Assembly: GCA_965215005.1 (NCBI GenBank)
Contig: CBDCCZ010000037.1
Coordinates: 37,209 to 101,208, forward strand
Direction: 5' to 3'
DNA from: Kofleriaceae bacterium
GTDB taxonomy: Bacteria; Myxococcota_A; Polyangia; Haliangiales; Haliangiaceae
Length of the DNA: 64,000 nucleotides
Shown here: positions 58,401 to 64,000 of the stretch, in pieces
Numbering within the stretch: the first letter of the stretch is position 1
Layout of the letters: each line of letters begins with the position of its first letter
The notes under the pieces: generated by a model
What the model saw: the letters and a program-made list of their open reading frames with translations, nothing else
What the model was told of the DNA's origin: nothing
The model's database searches: none
Translations under genes and position numbers: made by a program

Positions 58401-60701
58401 GCTCGCGTCGGTGACCTGCGCCTGGCCGAACATGCCGCCATCAAAGACGCGGCTCTCGAGCTCAGTTAACCGCTCGGACTCGGTCTTGACCTCGACGTAG
58501 ATCGAAAACGCGTTGGGAAGATAAAAATGATGATCGACGAGCGCGTTGATCTCGTAGATGCCCGGCCGCTCAAACGCGATCTCGTAGCGGTCAGGGGCTT
58601 CGCTTGCATAATCGCGGTGGCTGGTGTGTCCGCGATCGACGATGGGCGCGCTCTGGTTAGGGCCCGAGGCCTCGGTCACCACCCACGTCACGTCCACCCA
58701 CGGGATCGCGAAGGCATCATCCTGGCTGCTCGTGCGAAAGCTGAACGCGGCCTTCTTGCCAGTGAACAGCAGATCGCCGTGATTGACGATGGCTCCCTCG
58801 ACCGGAAACGAGAACGGACGTGCTCGCGCTTGGCCCGCGGCCTCGATGCCCAAGCGCGCGTGCACCTCGCCGAGCTCGATGGCGTGCATGGCGTTTCGGA
58901 ACCGCTGCGTCGTCGACATCGGCTGTGTCGGCTCGCCGCCGCTGGTGCGCAGCGCCTCGAGAATGCGCTGCTTGTTCGGGTGCGCGTCGATCTCGCGCCA
59001 CACTGCCAGCAGCGACGGCCCCACGTACAGCGGCGTGCCTTCCGGCCGCGCGTCGCCGCCGAGCTCGCGGAGGAATCGCTCGGCGAAGGCTTTGTCGGCC
59101 TCGCCCAGCGATTCATCGAGGGTAGCGCCCGTGGAGCCTCCCGCTGCGCCGCCGCCCTCGGCCGCCCGAACCTCGAACTCGCGCCAGGCCTCGGCGCCAA
59201 ATAATTGAGTGAGCGAGAGCCGATCGTAATAGACGGCGGCGCCTTGCGCGTGCCGCTGCGCCGGCACGCCGAAGTGCCCCTCCGCCAGAAGCCGGTTTTT
59301 CAGCCCCACGTCCATCGCCAGCGCGGTCTGCCGTTCGAGCGCCGCGAACACCTCCGCGAGCAGCGTTGCCGACGCCTCGCGCCCGCTGCCATCGGGCATC
59401 AGCACCGAGCTTCGCAGGTACACCACGGCCATGCGATCGCTGCTCGCTCCTGCCAGCGCCCGCGGCACCAGCGGAAACTCCCACACCACATCGGTCCCCG
59501 GCGGCAGCCCGATATGCAGGTAGATGCTCTTGCGGATGGCCACGCGAGCCTCGGTCTCGTCGGCGCGAAACACCGCGTTGACTGCAATGGCTGCCGCCGC
59601 CTGCGCCCGCTCCTGCGCCGACAGCTGCGAAATCCACGGCATCGGCCCCGCCGCGAGCGCCGCCAGAATTTGCTCGGTCGCGGCCGCGTTCCGTGGCCCC
59701 TCGGCGTAATGCGCCTCGTACCACGGGCGCTCGACCACGAGCGTGGCGCCATTGTCCTCGATGCGGAACCCATCGCCCTCGTCATCGCCAAACCCAGCGC
59801 TGCCCTGCGGCGCCAGAGGGACCGCCGCGCGCGCCCACGACTGCCCCGCCGCCAGGGACCGCGCCAGCACGCGCGCCTCTCGCTCCGCCGCAACGCGCTG
59901 GCTGCGACCCGCAAGCCGCATTTGCGCCACGTGAACCAGCTCGTGCGCCATCACCTCACGGCCGCGCATGCTCGAAGCCGCGCCGGCATCGAGCTCGATC
60001 CCCGCTGCCGTCGCGACCCCGCCGCCGCGCGCCGCCGCCGCGCCCCCGCGCGTGTACTCGATCTCAACCCGGGGCGGCAGCCCCAGCGCCGAGGCTAGCT
60101 CCGCCGCCTGCCGCGTCCCCGCCGCTGCCAGCGCCGGGTCATCGCCGCGAACCCGCGGTGCTTCCGGCGCCGGCCGCGCCTCGCCACCCTTTTCGCCACC
60201 CGCCGTCTCATCGACCCTCTCTTGCGCCCCGCGCGTCGCCCAACGCGGATCGTCGGGAGGGATCGTTGACTCCGAAGGCGGAAACAGCGGCCCCATGATC
60301 TCCTCGACCACCGACTGTCCCGGGAACCGTTCCCCCGCCTGCCGCTGCTGCCAATGTTTCTCAGCCTCGATGCGCTCGGAAGCCTCCTGCGTACGAGTCC
60401 GCTTGCCCGGCACCCCGCGCTCCCACGGCCGGCGCCATGCCCCGCGCTCCCCTTGCGGCGGACCCATCGCGCGGGTGCGTTTGCCGGGAATCGGGCGCGA
60501 GCGCTCGATGATTTGTCGCAGGCAATCGGCCTCGGAACGATGCCATTGCCGGGCCAGCCTAAAGGCCTCCGCCAACATTCCGTCGGCGTACTTCGCCGGC
60601 ACCCGAAGTTGGCGCATCAGCTCACGCAGCTCTTCTTCGAGCTGCTTCCGCTCATGCGCCGCGCGATCGAAGCGCCGGTATCGATCATCGAAGTATTTCA
60701 T
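55494..60701 (-). CDS. Polymorphic toxin: N-terminal DUF4157/eCIS-core-like HExxH domain, C-terminal PD-(D/E)xK-like nuclease
   Basis: GREVMAHELVHVAQ...AEREA; central hydrophobic segment; C-terminal READL...TEVKSV...SQISEG. Confidence 0.75.
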   Translation of the reverse strand: MKYFDDRYRRFDRAAHERKQLEEELRELMRQLRVPAKYADGMLAEAFRLARQWHRSEADCLRQIIERSRPIPGKRTRAMGPPQGERGAWRRPWERGVPGKRTRTQEASERIEAEKHWQQRQAGERFPGQSVVEEIMGPLFPPSESTIPPDDPRWATRGAQERVDETAGGEKGGEARPAPEAPRVRGDDPALAAAGTRQAAELASALGLPPRVEIEYTRGGAAAARGGGVATAAGIELDAGAASSMRGREVMAHELVHVAQMRLAGRSQRVAAEREARVLARSLAAGQSWARAAVPLAPQGSAGFGDDEGDGFRIEDNGATLVVERPWYEAHYAEGPRNAAATEQILAALAAGPMPWISQLSAQERAQAAAAIAVNAVFRADETEARVAIRKSIYLHIGLPPGTDVVWEFPLVPRALAGASSDRMAVVYLRSSVLMPDGSGREASATLLAEVFAALERQTALAMDVGLKNRLLAEGHFGVPAQRHAQGAAVYYDRLSLTQLFGAEAWREFEVRAAEGGGAAGGSTGATLDESLGEADKAFAERFLRELGGDARPEGTPLYVGPSLLAVWREIDAHPNKQRILEALRTSGGEPTQPMSTTQRFRNAMHAIELGEVHARLGIEAAGQARARPFSFPVEGAIVNHGDLLFTGKKAAFSFRTSSQDDAFAIPWVDVTWVVTEASGPNQSAPIVDRGHTSHRDYASEAPDRYEIAFERPGIYEINALVDHHFYLPNAFSIYVEVKTESERLTELESRVFDGGMFGQAQVTDASYEFADSSWTDSTARSTGTVVEGALPIECGPGMLPPQHLDRLRGQRERIQRYVDSGRADPRALQWAAEYLRSLDEAEQRIRQEQDAGAQLLHIQGAYLARASNATSQELSLVATAQRQGQAWRVSIHDTTQAFDNDNSRYSEVRPTFRDALEATFVELSKSYPSGQMSVRVETLDEAGISTGRFLGFTLDCNSTWEVVRSTVWDPSVQVVVNIAGAVVVIFAPYTAPVVVPALVAYNGIETVSQMVAYYERDTLTTERVWMGIGQLAIDILPYVGQATRTVKLGTRLYYVMEGLELAGDVVLLNQQAMEEIQTVRFGAVRQAAELAAQVEVLEHDNQSDPRLPGLRAELARVQEEAANAWASAYGNILAQQGLMRGSMRAMGHIGEIHAHRQAENRAAFKDAVSQRGARAMADADVDMVARALAVEVVRIDGGDVRIAYDVGALGGITNVRLEVGRSASLEWVAMHETTLRSMRRYEGLTGSLRNLLERVQAYKRGGGRIPPGSRAFEAHFELQKLPQMVAEFRERLSQHGLDDTTRESIELQIASLEAQIREHASHLDDLAPGLGFVAARADDDGTVHGAQAQMGSRPGEHPREAPAVDSPVPIAPERAASPRHQQLLAQRGHAAHRLDPVPSGWTAALEAEFRYGPDAYDIPEGYRWVLDDSGVPSVGRARRFDAHGAELPPRRFVDGRFEEAPAGSDARATRADAVAAYAERGGSGSDAGRLLDRAQQDVAILATRGIDAAELPTLLHQLASDPRVRDIDAVLAEINGITADTTDAAHQRADLLNELVEARHQLAALADNDTLILGEHRTGTGRREADLRTGSGQMTEVKSVRAPVRSSADLSSQISEGLKKFDSSPDGDYRVVVYGIFDAELRSAQGLPGGGDSRNRVDDAGNLRVERRDGEGGWREVGPRRDWFDRSLRDLRNMTHTYKPPGARRVFEVIIRMDGGISRTFRRDASNEWRVVNP

Positions 60702-60925
60702 GTCCGCCGCGTTTTCCCGTGCCCGCCGTCAACACACCTCGAGCCGAACAAGTGTATCGAACCCACAGACGCAGAGTTGCGTCCTCGTCGCGCCAGCGCG
60801 ATCGCGGCGGCTGGAACCGGCGCAAAGGCCTACCACGGGTGCGCAAAGCAACCGATGACGCGAGCTGCTGGGGCGGGAGTGTTGCGATCACTCAACGCAT
60901 TGGGTGTCGCCGCCGAAACGGCGAA

Positions 60926-60955
60926 CGGGGCGTCCGCTGGTGGCGGAACGCCCCG
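60926..60955 (-). terminator. GC-rich hairpin downstream of ndk
   Basis: CGGGGCGTCCGC-TGGTG-GCGGAACGCCCCG; weak U-tract. Confidence 0.5.
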
Positions 60956-60973
60956 CTAGCTACGCAACAATGA

Positions 60974-61405
60974 TTAGCGCGTTAGGGCGGCGAGCTCGGC
61001 GCCCGAGAAGAAGAAGGCGATTTCTTGCTTAGCAGTCTCGGGCGCGTCGGAGCCGTGGACGGCGTTGCGCTCGATGTTCTCGGCGAACTCTTTGCGGATG
61101 GTGCCGGCTGCAGCTTGCTCTGGGTTGGTTGCGCCCATGATCTCGCGATTCTTCGCGATGGCGTTCTCGCCCTCGAGCACCTGCACGACGACGGGGCCCT
61201 CGGTCATGAACTTGACGAGATCGCCGTAGAAGGGGCGCTCGCGATGGACCGCGTAGAACTCGCGGGCTTGCGCGTCGGTGAGCCGCACCATCCGGGAGGC
61301 GACGACGCGGAGGCCACCGTCCTCGAGCTTGGCGGTGATGGGGCCAATGATGCCTTTCTTTACGGCATCCGGCTTGATGATTGAAAACGTCCGTTCCATA
61401 GCCAT
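60974..61405 (-). CDS. ndk: Nucleoside diphosphate kinase
   Basis: [19 protein letters not shown]. Confidence 0.97.
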   Translation of the reverse strand: MAMERTFSIIKPDAVKKGIIGPITAKLEDGGLRVVASRMVRLTDAQAREFYAVHRERPFYGDLVKFMTEGPVVVQVLEGENAIAKNREIMGATNPEQAAAGTIRKEFAENIERNAVHGSDAPETAKQEIAFFFSGAELAALTR

Positions 61406-61415
61406 GAGGCTCTCC

Positions 61416-63468
<2,053 letters not shown>

Positions 63469-63470
63469 CG

Positions 63471-64000
63471 CTATCCCAGTTTGAGCGCCTCGACCAGCTC
63501 TTTGACCGCGTTGGCCGAGTGATCGAGCAGCTTTTTTTCGTGGTCGTCGAGCTTCATCTCGATGATCTTTTCGACGCCGCCCTTGCCAAGCACCACGGGC
63601 ACGCCGATGAACAGGCCCTTGTAGCCATACTCGCCAGCGGTGAGAGCCGCGCACGGAAGCACGCGCTTCTTGTCGCGCAAGATCGACTCGACCATGGAAA
63701 CCACCGCGGCCGACGGCGCAAAGAACGCCGAGCCGGTCTTCAATAGACCGACGATCTCGGCGCCACCTTTGGCGGTGCGATCGACGATGGCATCGATGCG
63801 TTCCTTGGACAGCAGCTCGGTGAGCGGAATGCCGCCAATCGAGGTGTGGCGGGGCAGGGGGACCATCGTGTCGCCGTGACCGCCGAGCACCATGCCGTGG
63901 ACGTCTTCGACCGATACGCCGAGCTCCATCGCGACGAAGCTCTTGTAGCGAGCGGTGTCGAGGATGCCGGCCATGCCGATGATGCGCTCGCGCGGAAACC
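63471..64000 (-). CDS. mdh: Malate dehydrogenase (LDH-like), 5' end truncated by the window edge
   Basis: [33 protein letters not shown]. Confidence 0.93.
   Translation of the reverse strand, partial: FPRERIIGMAGILDTARYKSFVAMELGVSVEDVHGMVLGGHGDTMVPLPRHTSIGGIPLTELLSKERIDAIVDRTAKGGAEIVGLLKTGSAFFAPSAAVVSMVESILRDKKRVLPCAALTAGEYGYKGLFIGVPVVLGKGGVEKIIEMKLDDHEKKLLDHSANAVKELVEALKLG

Overview
High-GC bacterial DNA, most likely from a myxobacterium (Myxococcota). This is inferred from the Cys-rich lipoproteins, the PEGA protein, the M4 protease with PPC domains and the many sigma54 promoters. Housekeeping genes include an aminotransferase, an ABC exporter, gloA, ilvE, rlmN, aceE/aceF, ndh and mdh-sucC-sucD-ndk. 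Four accessory blocks stand out. (1) A translationally coupled three-gene cassette at 2.7-5.1 kb (TIGR04255-like protein, HTH protein, unknown 'TQTCD' protein), a candidate defence or toxin-antitoxin module. (2) A six-gene MoxR/RavA AAA+ and vWA operon at 13-20.8 kb with two unknown partners, an inserted stand-alone receiver and a TPR/HEAT protein. (3) A stress/dormancy island at about 26-53.4 kb. About a dozen of its genes have a sigma54 -24/-12 motif upstream, and it encodes an NtrC-type activator, an alternative sigma70, a GGQ-less aeRF1-like protein, Dps, a bacterioferritin-like protein, USP, GSP26 and Ppx. (4) A 1735-aa DUF4157-type polymorphic toxin with a PD-(D/E)xK-like tip and a coupled immunity gene. 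It is followed by two start-less, diverged copies of its pre-toxin segment, one fused in frame to the tail of an immunity homolog. No CRISPR array, rRNA, tRNA or transposase was recognised. All family assignments come from motif recognition by eye; no database searches were run.
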